Source: Alphaproteobacteria bacterium (lineage in GTDB: Bacteria; Pseudomonadota; Alphaproteobacteria; MPNO01). From it: a stretch of DNA of 64,000 nt. Made by a program: the position numbers and the translations under genes. The notes under the pieces are model-generated. The model searched no databases, was not told the origin of the DNA, and saw only the letters and a program-made list of their open reading frames with translations. Positions 38,803-48,814 of the stretch are shown here, piece after piece (the stretch's first letter is position 1; every line of letters starts with the position of its first letter). The stretch lies in contig OZ219866.1 of assembly GCA_964291675.2 (NCBI GenBank), positions 768,001 through 832,000 of the forward strand. The letters are read 5' to 3'.

Positions 38803-38955
38803 CGGCCTCTCCTTTGCAGCCCGGCCATGACGAAGCTCGAATTTACAGAAACCCTTCGATTTGCATAATTTCTCTTGTCGAAGCGGCATGCGGGAAACGC
38901 CGGCCCCGCTCAACCATCGGAGCGCGATCCCGCCCGCCAACGCAGGGAGGAAGAG

Positions 38956-39966
38956 ATGAGAGCACATTCATGCTTGCGGTCAGCAGGTATCGCGCTCGCC
39001 GGCGCGATCCTCGGGTTTTCCGGCGCGGCAATCGCCCAGGACATCAAGATCGGGCTGATCATGGAGGCCCGGCCCGCCGAGCAGCCCTGGAGCGCGGCGA
39101 TATTCGATTCGGCGGAAAAGCTGAAGCAGGAGGACAAGGGGGTTTCCTTCGCCCAGTCCTTCAAGGCCTTCGATCCGACCTCGGCGGAGCCGATCGCGCG
39201 CCAGCTCCTGGCCGACGGCCACAAGGTCATGGTGATGCACAGCTTCGCGCTGAACGACGTCGCCCACAAGCTGGCCGAGGAGTTCAAGGCGATTCCGATG
39301 TCGGTCAGCAGCTTCGATCCCCCGGTCCAGCCCAACCTGACCATCGCCACCGCTAGCTATCTCCAGATCGGCTATTCCAACTGCTGGCTGCTGGCGAAGC
39401 TCTCGAAGTCCGGCAAGATCGGGTTCGTCGGGGCCATGCCGATCCCCTACGCCACCGAGCTCCAGCTCGGATGCGAGCTCGGCGCCAAGGCGGCGCGCGG
39501 CGACGCCGAGGTGCTGGCGGCCTACAGCAACAGCTTCGTGGACCAGCAGGCGACAAGGGAACAGGCGCAAGGCGTGGTCGACCGCGGGGCGGACACCTTG
39601 TTCCCGGCCTCGGCCACCCAGGACTCGCTCGGCGGGTTCCAGCTTTGCGAGCAGGCGAAGATCCCCTGCGCGGGCTGGGCGAGCGACGCGCGGCGCTACT
39701 CCCCCAACTACGCCGCAGCCTCGGCGGTGGTCGACTGGACCGTCATGCTCAAGGAGTTCGTCAAGCAGGCGCGGAGCGGCAAGCTGTCGGCGACGACCTT
39801 CGATGCGACGTTCCAGAACGGCGGCCTCGCGCCGCAGCCGTTCGAGGGCGCCTCGGCCAAGATCGTGCCGGCGGACGTGCAGGCCGGGTATCTCAAGGTG
39901 GTGGCCGACCTCAAGCAGGGGAAGATCGAGCTGCCGAAGAGCAAGGCCCACCCCTGCTGCCCGTAG
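38956..39966 (+). CDS. BMP-family ABC transporter substrate-binding protein
   Basis: Signal peptide; SKSGKIGFVGAMPIP, GAKAA, SAVVDW; followed by an ATPase and two permeases. Confidence 0.85.
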   Translation: MRAHSCLRSAGIALAGAILGFSGAAIAQDIKIGLIMEARPAEQPWSAAIFDSAEKLKQEDKGVSFAQSFKAFDPTSAEPIARQLLADGHKVMVMHSFALNDVAHKLAEEFKAIPMSVSSFDPPVQPNLTIATASYLQIGYSNCWLLAKLSKSGKIGFVGAMPIPYATELQLGCELGAKAARGDAEVLAAYSNSFVDQQATREQAQGVVDRGADTLFPASATQDSLGGFQLCEQAKIPCAGWASDARRYSPNYAAASAVVDWTVMLKEFVKQARSGKLSATTFDATFQNGGLAPQPFEGASAKIVPADVQAGYLKVVADLKQGKIELPKSKAHPCCP

Positions 39967-39993
39967 TCGCCCGGCTCACGCGGCTTGTCCGGC

Positions 39994-41511
39994 ATGGAGG
40001 CGTCGCGGCAGCCCGGTCCTGACGACGACTCCGACGAACCGGGTGGCGTAAGATTTCGCGCCCGCCTGCGTGGCATCTCGAAGGCGTTCGGTGCCACGCA
40101 GGCGGTACTCGATGCCGACCTCGATGTCCGCGCGGGCGAAATTCACGCGCTGCTCGGAGAGAACGGGGCGGGCAAGACCACGCTGATGCGCGTGCTGGCG
40201 GGCATATTGCGCGCGGATGCCGGCAGCATCGAGATCGACGGCGAAGCCGTGCAGCTGCGCGGCCGGATGGACGGCGCCCGGCGCGGAATCGGGTTCGTGC
40301 AGCAGCATTTCGGCCTCATCGAGGAAATCAACGGCGTCGGGAACTACCTGCTCGGCCATCCCCGGCTCGGCGCCTGGCTTCACGTCGAGAGAGCCCGCGG
40401 CGAACTCCGGAGAACTGCCGCGGAGCTGGCGCTCAATGTCGATATCGACAGCCCGATATCGGACCTGACCGTCGGCGAACGCCAGCGGCTCGAAATCCTG
40501 ATCGCGCTGGCGACCGGCGCCGACGTGCTCGTTCTCGACGAGCCCACCGCCGCGCTCGGCAGCGCGGAGGTAGCGGTTCTCGAACGCGTGCTTCGCCGGC
40601 TGACCGGGCAGGGCAGGAGCGTGGTCTATATCACCCACAAGCTGCCCGAGGTGATGGCCTTCGCCGACCGCGTCACGGTCATGCGCCGGGGACGGGTTGT
40701 CGCGGACCTCGCGGGCGAGGCGCTGGACGCCGGCGACCTTACCCGGGCGATGATCGGCCAGCTCCCGGAACGATCGAAAGTGTCTCGCCTGGATCCCGGC
40801 AACCTGGTGCTCGCCTTGCAGGGCGTCGGCGTTGCAGCCTCGGAGACCGGACGTGGCCTGTTCGATATCGACCTTGAGGTGTGCGCGCACGAAGTCGTCG
40901 GGATCGCCGGCATCTCGGGCAACGGCCAGGACGTTCTCGCGGAACTCCTCTGCGGCCTGATGGAACCGGAGTCGGGCAGGATCGTCACACGGCCGGGCAC
41001 TGTCGCCTACATCCCCGAGGACCGGTCCAGAGACGCACTCGCGCCGACCCTCTCCGTCGCCGACAACGCCATCGTCCACCGGCATCGCGACCCCTCGCTG
41101 AGGCGAAGCGGTCAGCTCGCCCCGACTCTGGTGGGAGAGTTCGTCGCCGGCATCGTCGCCGCGGGTGCCGTGCAGGCCGCGTCCGCGGAGTCCAGCGTGT
41201 CCGCCCTCTCCGGCGGTAACCAGCAGAGGCTGGTGGTCGCGCGGGAGCTCGAGCGGCGGCCGGAATTGATCGTCGCCCACAACCCCTATCGCGGCCTCGA
41301 CATCGGCGCGGCGGGTGACGTTCGCCAACGCCTGCTCGCGGCGCGGGACCGCGGAAGCGGCGTGGTCCTGATCAGCCCGGACCTCGAAGACCTGTTCGAC
41401 ATCGCCGACCGGATCCTGGTGATTTCCCGCGGCCGCATCGTCGGCGACTTCGACCCGCGGCGCACCACCGCGCAAGAGGTCGGCGCGCTGCTGGGAGACG
41501 CGGGACAGTGA
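39994..41511 (+). CDS. ABC transporter ATP-binding protein (two-domain sugar/nucleoside type)
   Basis: LLGENGAGKTT, LTVGERQRLEI, LDEPT, YITHKL, LSGGNQQ; start uncertain. Confidence 0.92.
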   Translation: MEASRQPGPDDDSDEPGGVRFRARLRGISKAFGATQAVLDADLDVRAGEIHALLGENGAGKTTLMRVLAGILRADAGSIEIDGEAVQLRGRMDGARRGIGFVQQHFGLIEEINGVGNYLLGHPRLGAWLHVERARGELRRTAAELALNVDIDSPISDLTVGERQRLEILIALATGADVLVLDEPTAALGSAEVAVLERVLRRLTGQGRSVVYITHKLPEVMAFADRVTVMRRGRVVADLAGEALDAGDLTRAMIGQLPERSKVSRLDPGNLVLALQGVGVAASETGRGLFDIDLEVCAHEVVGIAGISGNGQDVLAELLCGLMEPESGRIVTRPGTVAYIPEDRSRDALAPTLSVADNAIVHRHRDPSLRRSGQLAPTLVGEFVAGIVAAGAVQAASAESSVSALSGGNQQRLVVARELERRPELIVAHNPYRGLDIGAAGDVRQRLLAARDRGSGVVLISPDLEDLFDIADRILVISRGRIVGDFDPRRTTAQEVGALLGDAGQ

Positions 41512-42548
41512 AACCCGCCGCCGGACTCTCCGATCCCGCCCGGCTGGCGCTCGGCCTCGCCGCGGCCGTCGTCGCGATCGTCGCCATCGGCGCCGGGCTG
41601 TTCGCGCTCGGCGATGCTGATCCCTTCGTCGCCTTCCGCGCGATGTATCGCGGCTCGTTCGGAAGCTGGGTCAGCTTCGGCGAGACGCTGATCCGCTTCG
41701 CCCCGGTTACCCTGATCGCGCTCGGCCTGGTGCCGTCGCTGCGCATCGGGCTGTTCAACATCGGCGCGCCCGGGCAGATCGGTCTCGGCGCATTGTTCGC
41801 GACGCTCGCCGGTCTCGCTCTGGGTGGGGCGCCGCCATCCGTCTCGATTCCCGTGACCTTCGTCGCCGCGGCGGCGGGCGGCGCCCTGTGGGCGCTCGGA
41901 CCGGGCTTGCTGCGCGCCTGGTTTCGGGTGAACGAGATCCTGTCGACGCTGGTGTTCAACTTCCTCGCGCTCTACCTGCTGCAATACCTGCTGACCGGCC
42001 CGCTGCACGGCTACCGATCCAACATCGCCCAGTCGGACCCGCTGCCCAAGGAGGCCTGGCTCCCCGTCGTCATCGAGGGAACCCGGGCGCATGCGGGCCT
42101 GTTCGTCGTCCTGGCCGCCATCGTCGGGCTCTGGCTGGTGCAGCGCAGCCCGCTCGGCTACCGCTTGCGGCTGTTCGGCGCGGGGCCGAACCTTGCACGG
42201 CAGGCGAAGGTGAGCGGCCCGCTTCTGATCGTCTGGACGATGTGCGTCGGGGGCGCCGCGGCGGGGATCGCGGGGTGGATGCAGGTCGCGGGCGTCGATC
42301 ACCGGCTCTACGACACCGTCGCCGATCCGATCGGCTATATGGGCCTCTTCGCCGCCCTGCTCGGGGTGCTGCATCCGGTCGGCATCTTCTTTTCCGGGCT
42401 GGTCTTCGCCGCGCTGCTCCGCGGCGGCGAGTCGCTCCAGATCGGCGCCAACGTCTCTCCCGAGATCATCAGCGCGCTCGTCGGGCTCATCCTGCTGCTG
42501 CTTGCCGCCCGCTCGGGCCGTTTCACCAGAGCGAGCCGGGAAGCCTGA
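41508..42548 (+). CDS. ABC transporter permease (nucleoside/purine type)
   Basis: GLFNIGA.GQ, VNEILSTL.FN; multiple TM segments. Confidence 0.9.
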   Translation: MKPAAGLSDPARLALGLAAAVVAIVAIGAGLFALGDADPFVAFRAMYRGSFGSWVSFGETLIRFAPVTLIALGLVPSLRIGLFNIGAPGQIGLGALFATLAGLALGGAPPSVSIPVTFVAAAAGGALWALGPGLLRAWFRVNEILSTLVFNFLALYLLQYLLTGPLHGYRSNIAQSDPLPKEAWLPVVIEGTRAHAGLFVVLAAIVGLWLVQRSPLGYRLRLFGAGPNLARQAKVSGPLLIVWTMCVGGAAAGIAGWMQVAGVDHRLYDTVADPIGYMGLFAALLGVLHPVGIFFSGLVFAALLRGGESLQIGANVSPEIISALVGLILLLLAARSGRFTRASREA

Positions 42549-43462
42549 TGTTCTTCGAGAGCATGCTCGAAGCAGGGGTGAGGCTGACCGTGCCGTTGCT
42601 GCTGGTCGCGCTCGGCGAGCTGATCGCCGAACGCGCCGGCGTGATCAATATCGGTCTCGAAGGCAAGATGGCGGCGGGCGCCTATGCCGGTTTCGTCGTC
42701 ATGGCGGGAACCGGCGACCCCTGGGCGGCGGCGCTCGCCGCCGTGCTGGCCGGTGCCGCCGTATCGGCGGTGATGGCGGGTGTCGCGATCTGGGGCCAGG
42801 TCAACCAGATTCTGGTCGGCTTCGCGCTCTTCATCATGGTGCCCGGGCTGGTCGCGTTCCTCTACCAGCAGCACACCACGACCCTGGTGGTCACGCCGGC
42901 GCTGGACCGCCTGTCGCTCCCCGGGCTGAGCGAGTTGCCGTTCATCGGCGGCGCGTTCTTCTCGCAGAACGGCTTCTACTACGGCGTCGTCGTGCTCTGC
43001 CTGCTGGTCTGGGTGTGGATGCACCGCACCCGCTTCGGCCTGTCCGTGTCGGCCTGCGGGCACGATCCCGAGGTCGCGCTCTCCAAGGGGATCGCGGTGC
43101 GCTGGGTCCGGACCCAGGCGACGCTCGCCTGCGGCGCGCTCGCCGGATTGGGCGGCGCGGCGCTGACCGTCGGCGCGCTGGGCTCGTTCAGCCCGGGCGT
43201 CACCGGCGGGCGGGGGTTCGTCGCGATCGCCATCGTCATACTGGGCCGCTGGAGCGTTGGCTGGACCGTGCTCGCCGCGCTGGCGATCGGGCTCTCCGAC
43301 GCGCTGAGGCTACGCCTGGGCAGCCAGGTGGACTTCCCGGTGCAGCTGCTTGCGATGCTGCCCTGGCTCGTGGTGCTGGTCATGTTGATAGCGGGCGCCC
43401 GCTTCGCGAAGATGCCCCGGGCGCTGGGTCGCAATGTCGGCGCGGCCCAGTCGGTGACCTGA
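42548..43462 (+). CDS. ABC transporter permease (nucleoside/purine type)
   Basis: GELIAERAGVINIGLEG, GRGFVAIAIVILGRW, P.ALG. Confidence 0.9.
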   Translation: MFFESMLEAGVRLTVPLLLVALGELIAERAGVINIGLEGKMAAGAYAGFVVMAGTGDPWAAALAAVLAGAAVSAVMAGVAIWGQVNQILVGFALFIMVPGLVAFLYQQHTTTLVVTPALDRLSLPGLSELPFIGGAFFSQNGFYYGVVVLCLLVWVWMHRTRFGLSVSACGHDPEVALSKGIAVRWVRTQATLACGALAGLGGAALTVGALGSFSPGVTGGRGFVAIAIVILGRWSVGWTVLAALAIGLSDALRLRLGSQVDFPVQLLAMLPWLVVLVMLIAGARFAKMPRALGRNVGAAQSVT

Positions 43463-43531
43463 CGGAGTCGTCATGGCCCAACTCGACCCGATACTCCCGA
43501 CCGCGCGGTCCCGCGAGACCGCGGACCGCCG

Positions 43532-45886
43532 ATGACCGTCCGTCCCAACAAGCTGATCGGCGCCCGCGTGCGCCGCCGCGAGGACCCCAAGTTCCTGCGC
43601 GGCCGGGGCCGCTACACGGGCGATGCGCAACCGCCCGGGATGCTGCATGTCGCGTTCTTCCGCAGCGACGTGCCGCACGCCAACATCGTAGACGTCGCTG
43701 TCGATCCCGCCCGCGACGTTCCCGGTGTCGTGGGCGTCTTCACCGCCGAGGACATCTCGCGGCTGGTCCGGCCCATCTCGGTCGAGGTGACCATGCCCGG
43801 CTACCAGGGTTGCGATTATCCGGTTCTCGGGCGCGACAAGGTGTGTTTCGTCGGCCAACCCGTCGCCGCGGTCGTCGCCCGGACGCGCTACGAGGCCGAG
43901 GACGGGGTGGCGGCAATCGCCGCGGAATACGAACCCCTGCCGCCGGTGATCGATGTCGACCGCGCTTCCGAGCCGGGCTCGGCGACGATTCACCCCTCGG
44001 TGCCGGACAATCTCTTCAACCACTTCACGCTCGCGGAAGGAGATGTGGAGGGGGCGTTCGCGCGGGCGGATCGCCTCGTGGAGCTGGAGATCCGGAACGG
44101 CCGCTGCGCCCAGGCGCCGCTGGAGAACCGTATCGTCGTCGCCGAGTGGGACGAGCTCTACGAAGAGCTGACGGTGACGGTCTCCCACCAGGCGCCGCAT
44201 CTCTTCCGCACCGGGCTCGCGGAATTCCTGGATCTTTCCGAATCCCGCATCCGCGTCGTCTCGCCGGATGTCGGGGGCGGGTTCGGCGGCAAGCTCACCG
44301 TCTACCCGGAGGACCTGGCGACCTGCGCGCTGTCGCGAATGGTCGGCAAGCCCGTCTGCTGGAGCTGCGACCGGCGCGAGGACCTGTTGACGACGATGCA
44401 GGGCCGCGAGCAGCTTCACCGGATCGCCGCCGCGGTCGACGACGACGGGCGGGTGCAGGGCGTTCGGGTGACGATCAAGGCCAGCAACGGCGCCTTCCCG
44501 ATCTGGCCGATGTCGGCCGGGCTGGATTCCGGCCAGGCGTCGGAGAACGTGACCGGTCCCTACGACATTTCGAACTACGAGCGCGACGTCTACGCCGTCG
44601 CCACCAACAAGGCGCCGATGGGTCCTTATCGCGGAGTCGGGCGGGTTGCGGCGTGTTTCGCCATCGAGCGCATGATGGACGAGATCGCGCACCTTCTGGA
44701 CCTCGATCCGCTCGAAGTGCGGCGGCGCAACGTGGTGCGCAACTACCCGTACACCACCCCGGCCGGGCTGCGTTTCGAGAGCGGCAGCTCGGCCGAAGCG
44801 CTGGATCAGATGGAGCGGATCCTGGATCTGGCCGCGCTGCGCGAGGAGCACGAGCGCCTGCGCGCGAGCGGGGTTTACCGCGGAGTGGGCTTTGCGGCGA
44901 TAGTCGAGCACACCGCGCTCGGGCCGGACGAGGTCTCCAGGAAGGGCATCGACATGGTGCTGGGGATGGAGTCCGCCTGCGTCCGGGTCGAGCCCGACGG
45001 GACGATCACGGCGATCATGGGCACTCACAGCCAGGGCCAGGGCCACGAAACCACCTTCGCCCAGGTGATCGCCGACGAGTTCGGCATTCCCCTGGAGCGG
45101 GTGAAGGTCCGCTTCGGCGACACCTCCGTGGTGCCCTACGGGCTCGGGACCTGGGCGAGCCGCAGCCTGGTCTATGGCGGCGGCGCGGCCGTGCTGGCGA
45201 GCCGCGACGCGATGGCGAAGGCCGTCCGGATCGCCGCGCACATTCTGAACGTCGAGCCGCTCGCGATGACGTACCGGGACGGCGCCGTCGTGCTCCGCGA
45301 TGACGCTGCTACCGCCATGACGCTCGAGGAGATCGCGCGCATCGCCAACCACCGCGCCAACCGGCTACCCGAAGACATCGATCCCGGTATCGAGGCGACG
45401 CGCCGCTACCGCGCGCCCGATCCGGGAACCTTTTCCAACGCGCTGCACGCCGCCGTGGTCGAAGTCGATCCGCGGACCGGCGCCGTCGACATCCTCCGCT
45501 ACGTCGTGATCGAGGATTGCGGCACGGTGGTCAATCCGACGATCGTCGAGGGCCAGCTGCATGGCGGCATCGCGCAGGGCATCGGCCAAGCGCTCTACGA
45601 GCATGCCGTCTACGACGAAGAAGGCCACCCGCGCGCGGTGACTCTTGCCGACTACGTGATCCCCGCGGCCGGCAGCATGCCGCGGATCGAAATCCATCAC
45701 CGGGAGAGTCCCTCGCCTCGCAGCATCGGCGGGTTCAAGGGCATGGGAGAAGGCGGCGCCGTGAACCCGCCGGCCGCGATCGCCAACGCCGTGACCGATG
45801 CGCTCAGGCCCTTCGGGATCAAGGCGAACCGCACGCCTATCCAGCCGGGCTGGATCGTCGGTGCCGTGACCGCGGCGCAGGCGTAG
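43532..45886 (+). CDS. Xanthine dehydrogenase/CoxL-family molybdopterin-binding large subunit
   Basis: IGARVRRREDP, DVGGGFGGK, PYRGVGR, HSQGQGHET, GTWASRS, FKGMGEGG. Confidence 0.93.
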   Translation: MTVRPNKLIGARVRRREDPKFLRGRGRYTGDAQPPGMLHVAFFRSDVPHANIVDVAVDPARDVPGVVGVFTAEDISRLVRPISVEVTMPGYQGCDYPVLGRDKVCFVGQPVAAVVARTRYEAEDGVAAIAAEYEPLPPVIDVDRASEPGSATIHPSVPDNLFNHFTLAEGDVEGAFARADRLVELEIRNGRCAQAPLENRIVVAEWDELYEELTVTVSHQAPHLFRTGLAEFLDLSESRIRVVSPDVGGGFGGKLTVYPEDLATCALSRMVGKPVCWSCDRREDLLTTMQGREQLHRIAAAVDDDGRVQGVRVTIKASNGAFPIWPMSAGLDSGQASENVTGPYDISNYERDVYAVATNKAPMGPYRGVGRVAACFAIERMMDEIAHLLDLDPLEVRRRNVVRNYPYTTPAGLRFESGSSAEALDQMERILDLAALREEHERLRASGVYRGVGFAAIVEHTALGPDEVSRKGIDMVLGMESACVRVEPDGTITAIMGTHSQGQGHETTFAQVIADEFGIPLERVKVRFGDTSVVPYGLGTWASRSLVYGGGAAVLASRDAMAKAVRIAAHILNVEPLAMTYRDGAVVLRDDAATAMTLEEIARIANHRANRLPEDIDPGIEATRRYRAPDPGTFSNALHAAVVEVDPRTGAVDILRYVVIEDCGTVVNPTIVEGQLHGGIAQGIGQALYEHAVYDEEGHPRAVTLADYVIPAAGSMPRIEIHHRESPSPRSIGGFKGMGEGGAVNPPAAIANAVTDALRPFGIKANRTPIQPGWIVGAVTAAQA

Positions 45887-46043
45887 CCGAGCGGAGACGA
45901 CGGGCAGGCGCCTGCGGGGCGCCATGCGATTCTTCCGGTCGGGAACGGTCGTCGCCAATCGGGCGGCCGGCGCGAGGGTCTCCTGAAGAACCCGGGGAGC
46001 GTCGGGCGATTCGGGGCTGACCGGCGCGGTGCGAAAAAGGGGA

Positions 46044-46119
46044 TGGTGCCGCCTGTAGGACTCGAACCTACGACCCCCGCATTACGAATGCGATGCTCTA
46101 CCAGCTGAGCTAAGGCGGC
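46044..46119 (-). tRNA. tRNA-Thr (anticodon CGT)
   Basis: GCCGCCTTAGCTCAGCTGGTAGAGCATCGCATT-CGT-AATGCGGGGGTCGTAGGTTCGAGTCCTACAGGCGGCACCA; 76-nt cloverleaf with encoded CCA. Confidence 0.97.
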
Positions 46120-46165
46120 GGCTGGGTGGTGTTACAGCAAATCGCCCGGCCGGTCCATATCGGGG

Positions 46166-47575
46166 TCAGCGTCGCGCCGGGCGGGTCTCTGCGAAGGCGG
46201 CGTCTTCCGCCGGCACGGGCACCGGGGCCTCGACCAGCGCGGTGTCCCGGGCCTCGGACTCCGCCGGACCCGCCTCGCGGACGTGCTCGGGCGTCGCCCA
46301 GGCGAGGCTCGCGAAGGCCTCGCAGCGCCCGCAGACCGGCGTCCAGTGGCGCCATGCCGCGCCGCAGTCGCCGCACACCCAGGCCCGGTCCGGCACCGCG
46401 GCGGCGGCCGCCAGCAGCCAGCGCCTCGCCGCCTCGGTGTCGCCGTGCTCGGCCTCCTCGGCGTCGGCGCGCAGCCGGCAGAGCCTGGCGTCGCGCCGCC
46501 CGGCGGCCTCGGCCTGGTCGAAATGCCGGCGCGCGGTGGCCCACAGCCCGGCTTCCACCGCGGCGGCGGCGAGCGCGAGATGGCTCTCGGCGTGGCTCGC
46601 GTTATGCGCCGCCAGCCGTTCCATCCGCCGCATCCGGGCGATCGCGTCGTCCTCGCCGTTGATCGTGAGGTAGAGCCGGGCGAGCTCCGGATGCGGGGTG
46701 TGCGCCCAGGCGTCCTGGATCAGCCGCGCCGCCTGGCGCCTGCGCCCGCCGCCGATCAGCAGCCCGGCCTGGCGCAGCGTGGCGGGCAGGAAGTCGGGGT
46801 CGAGGCTGCCGGCGCGCCGGGCGAAGTCGAGCGCCGCCCTGGCCTCGCCCGCCTCCCCCGCGGCGCCCGAGCAGGCGAGCAGTACCACCACCCGGCGCCG
46901 CCTGCCGTCCTCGCCGGTGAGGATGCCGTGCCGGATCGCCGCCTCCAGCGTGGTCAGCGCCTCGCGCCACAGATTGCACCGGATCTGCAGGTCCATCAGC
47001 GTGGTCGCGGCCCAGGGCGTTTTGGGCCGGATCGCGTAGGCGCGCCGCGCATAGTCGAGCGCCGCCGCCTCGTCGCCCTCCTTGCGCGCGGCGAGGACCA
47101 GCCCGCGCAGCCCGAGAAAGGCGGTCTCCGGCTGCTCCAGCATGTCGGCGAAGTGCCTGCGCGCCGCCGCCTCGTCGCCGACCAGCTGGGCCGCCTGCGC
47201 GGTGAGCAGCTTGGTGAGCGGCGGATCGCCGAGCAGCTTCTCGGCCCGCGCGGCGAGCTTGCGCGCCTCCTCGCCCTCCCCGGCCGCCACCGCGACCAGC
47301 CCCCGCGTCAGCGTGCGGTAGCCCTTCTCGCGCCGCGCCATGCGCCGCCAGAACAGGAGCCTGCGCGGCACCCGCCACACCGCCCAGGCGGCGCGGTAGA
47401 GGATCGCCGCGGCGACCGCGATCGCGGCGATGGCGCCGATCAGCAGCGCGACCGTCGAATCCACCCGCCAGCCGCGCCATTCGAGGATGAGCGTCCCCGG
47501 GTTGTCGGCAAGCCAGGTGGCGGCGGCGATCAGCGCGGCGATGGCGACCGCCCAGACGATCAGGCGGCGCGTCAT
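46166..47575 (-). CDS. HemY-N/TPR membrane protein of the alphaproteobacterial hemCD cluster
   Basis: WLADNPG....W.G.RV, LTRGLVAVAAG, LL.AQAAQ..GD, FLGLRGL, C-terminal W.C..C...W.PVC..C..F..L.W. Confidence 0.88.
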   Translation of the reverse strand: MTRRLIVWAVAIAALIAAATWLADNPGTLILEWRGWRVDSTVALLIGAIAAIAVAAAILYRAAWAVWRVPRRLLFWRRMARREKGYRTLTRGLVAVAAGEGEEARKLAARAEKLLGDPPLTKLLTAQAAQLVGDEAAARRHFADMLEQPETAFLGLRGLVLAARKEGDEAAALDYARRAYAIRPKTPWAATTLMDLQIRCNLWREALTTLEAAIRHGILTGEDGRRRRVVVLLACSGAAGEAGEARAALDFARRAGSLDPDFLPATLRQAGLLIGGGRRRQAARLIQDAWAHTPHPELARLYLTINGEDDAIARMRRMERLAAHNASHAESHLALAAAAVEAGLWATARRHFDQAEAAGRRDARLCRLRADAEEAEHGDTEAARRWLLAAAAAVPDRAWVCGDCGAAWRHWTPVCGRCEAFASLAWATPEHVREAGPAESEARDTALVEAPVPVPAEDAAFAETRPARR

Positions 47576-48813
47576 CCCCCGCCCCCCTCGGCGAAACGCG
47601 CGACCGCCAGGCTGCCGAGCCGGGCGATCGCCGCATCGGCCGCCGCGCGCGCCGCCGCCGCCCGGCGCCAGTCGCCGAACACCCGGGCGGGGGCGCCGTC
47701 GAGCGCATCGAGCATCTCGGCCGCGGCGGCGAGGTCGCCCACGGCGAGCCGGACCTCGGCGCGCGCGACCACCGCGAGCGCGCCCTCGCCCTCGTCGGCC
47801 CCCTCGCCCACCCGGCGGACCGTCACCACGCGGGACAGGCGGGCGGCGGTGCGGTCGAGCCAGTCGCCGTCCTCGGGGGCGAGGGCTGCCTGCGCCGCCC
47901 GGGCGGCGAGCGCCGGGAATTCGCTCTCCAGCGCGGCGCGGGTCGGCACGCCGTCGGGCGCCAGGAGGGTGAGCGGTGCCGCGGCCTCCGCGATGGTGGC
48001 GTCGCCGCCCGCCGCAGCGAGCACCAGCCGGAGCTCGGCATCGAAGGGGCGCGATCCCGAAGCGGCCGCGCGCAGCTGACCGACGGCGAGCAGCAGGGCA
48101 TCCCCCTTGCGTGTCCCTTCGGCCGCGGCGAGGCGCTTCAGCTCGGCCTCGATCCCGTCGACCCGGGAGCCGGCCGCCCGAACCCGGTCGGCCAGCTCCG
48201 GATCGCCCGCGGCTTCGAGCGCCGCCTCCAATCGCGCGATCCGCGCCTCCATTCGGGCGAGCGCGTCGTCGGTGCGCGCATCCGCCGCCGGCGTTCCCCC
48301 CGCGGACGGCGGAGCGGCAGCCAGCGCAGCGATCCGGCTGGCCAGCGCGTCGACCCGTTGCGCCAGCGGCGCGATGCGCGCATCCGGCGGCGGGGGGCGC
48401 GGCGCCGGGCGGGTTTCGAGCGCCGCGATGCGCTTCCCCAGCCGCGCGGCGTCCGAATGCGGCATTGCGGCAGCCGCCGTGGCCGCGGCCGCGGCGATCC
48501 GTCCGTCGAGCCGGGCGACCGTGCTCTCCAGCGCCTCTACGCGCATGGCGAGCCGGGTCAGCGCCGGGTCCGGCGGGGTCTCGCCGCCCGCAAAGATCTC
48601 CGTCACCGCGCGCGGCATGACGGTTTCGATCACCGGCCAGCCGATGACCATGGCAGCGACCGCGACGACCGCCCCCGCCGCCCACATCGCCCGGCGCCGC
48701 CAGCGCGCGAGCGGCGGATCGGCACCGGCGCCCCAGGGCTGCGGATCGTTCCGGTTCCCGGTCTCGGTCGCCGCATCGTCCGGCGGCTCGATCGATGGAT
48801 CGCGTTCGGCCAT
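47572..48813 (-). CDS. COG4223 mitofilin/Mic60-like protein
   Basis: N-terminal TM, long coiled coil, G.PF..EL, GVPT...L...F, VARAE..L..GDL..A, W; lies between hemD and the HemY-like gene. Confidence 0.82.
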   Translation of the reverse strand: MAERDPSIEPPDDAATETGNRNDPQPWGAGADPPLARWRRRAMWAAGAVVAVAAMVIGWPVIETVMPRAVTEIFAGGETPPDPALTRLAMRVEALESTVARLDGRIAAAAATAAAAMPHSDAARLGKRIAALETRPAPRPPPPDARIAPLAQRVDALASRIAALAAAPPSAGGTPAADARTDDALARMEARIARLEAALEAAGDPELADRVRAAGSRVDGIEAELKRLAAAEGTRKGDALLLAVGQLRAAASGSRPFDAELRLVLAAAGGDATIAEAAAPLTLLAPDGVPTRAALESEFPALAARAAQAALAPEDGDWLDRTAARLSRVVTVRRVGEGADEGEGALAVVARAEVRLAVGDLAAAAEMLDALDGAPARVFGDWRRAAAARAAADAAIARLGSLAVARFAEGGGG

Positions 48814-48814
48814 G

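Noticed and set aside
1655-45886. Aerobic CO dehydrogenase (form I CoxL)
   Set aside because: None of the three large subunits has the AYxCSFR loop and no coxMS or accessory cox genes are present.
45887-46043. Integrase or att site next to tRNA-Thr
   Set aside because: No integrase ORF, and I found no duplicate of the tRNA 3' end in the window.
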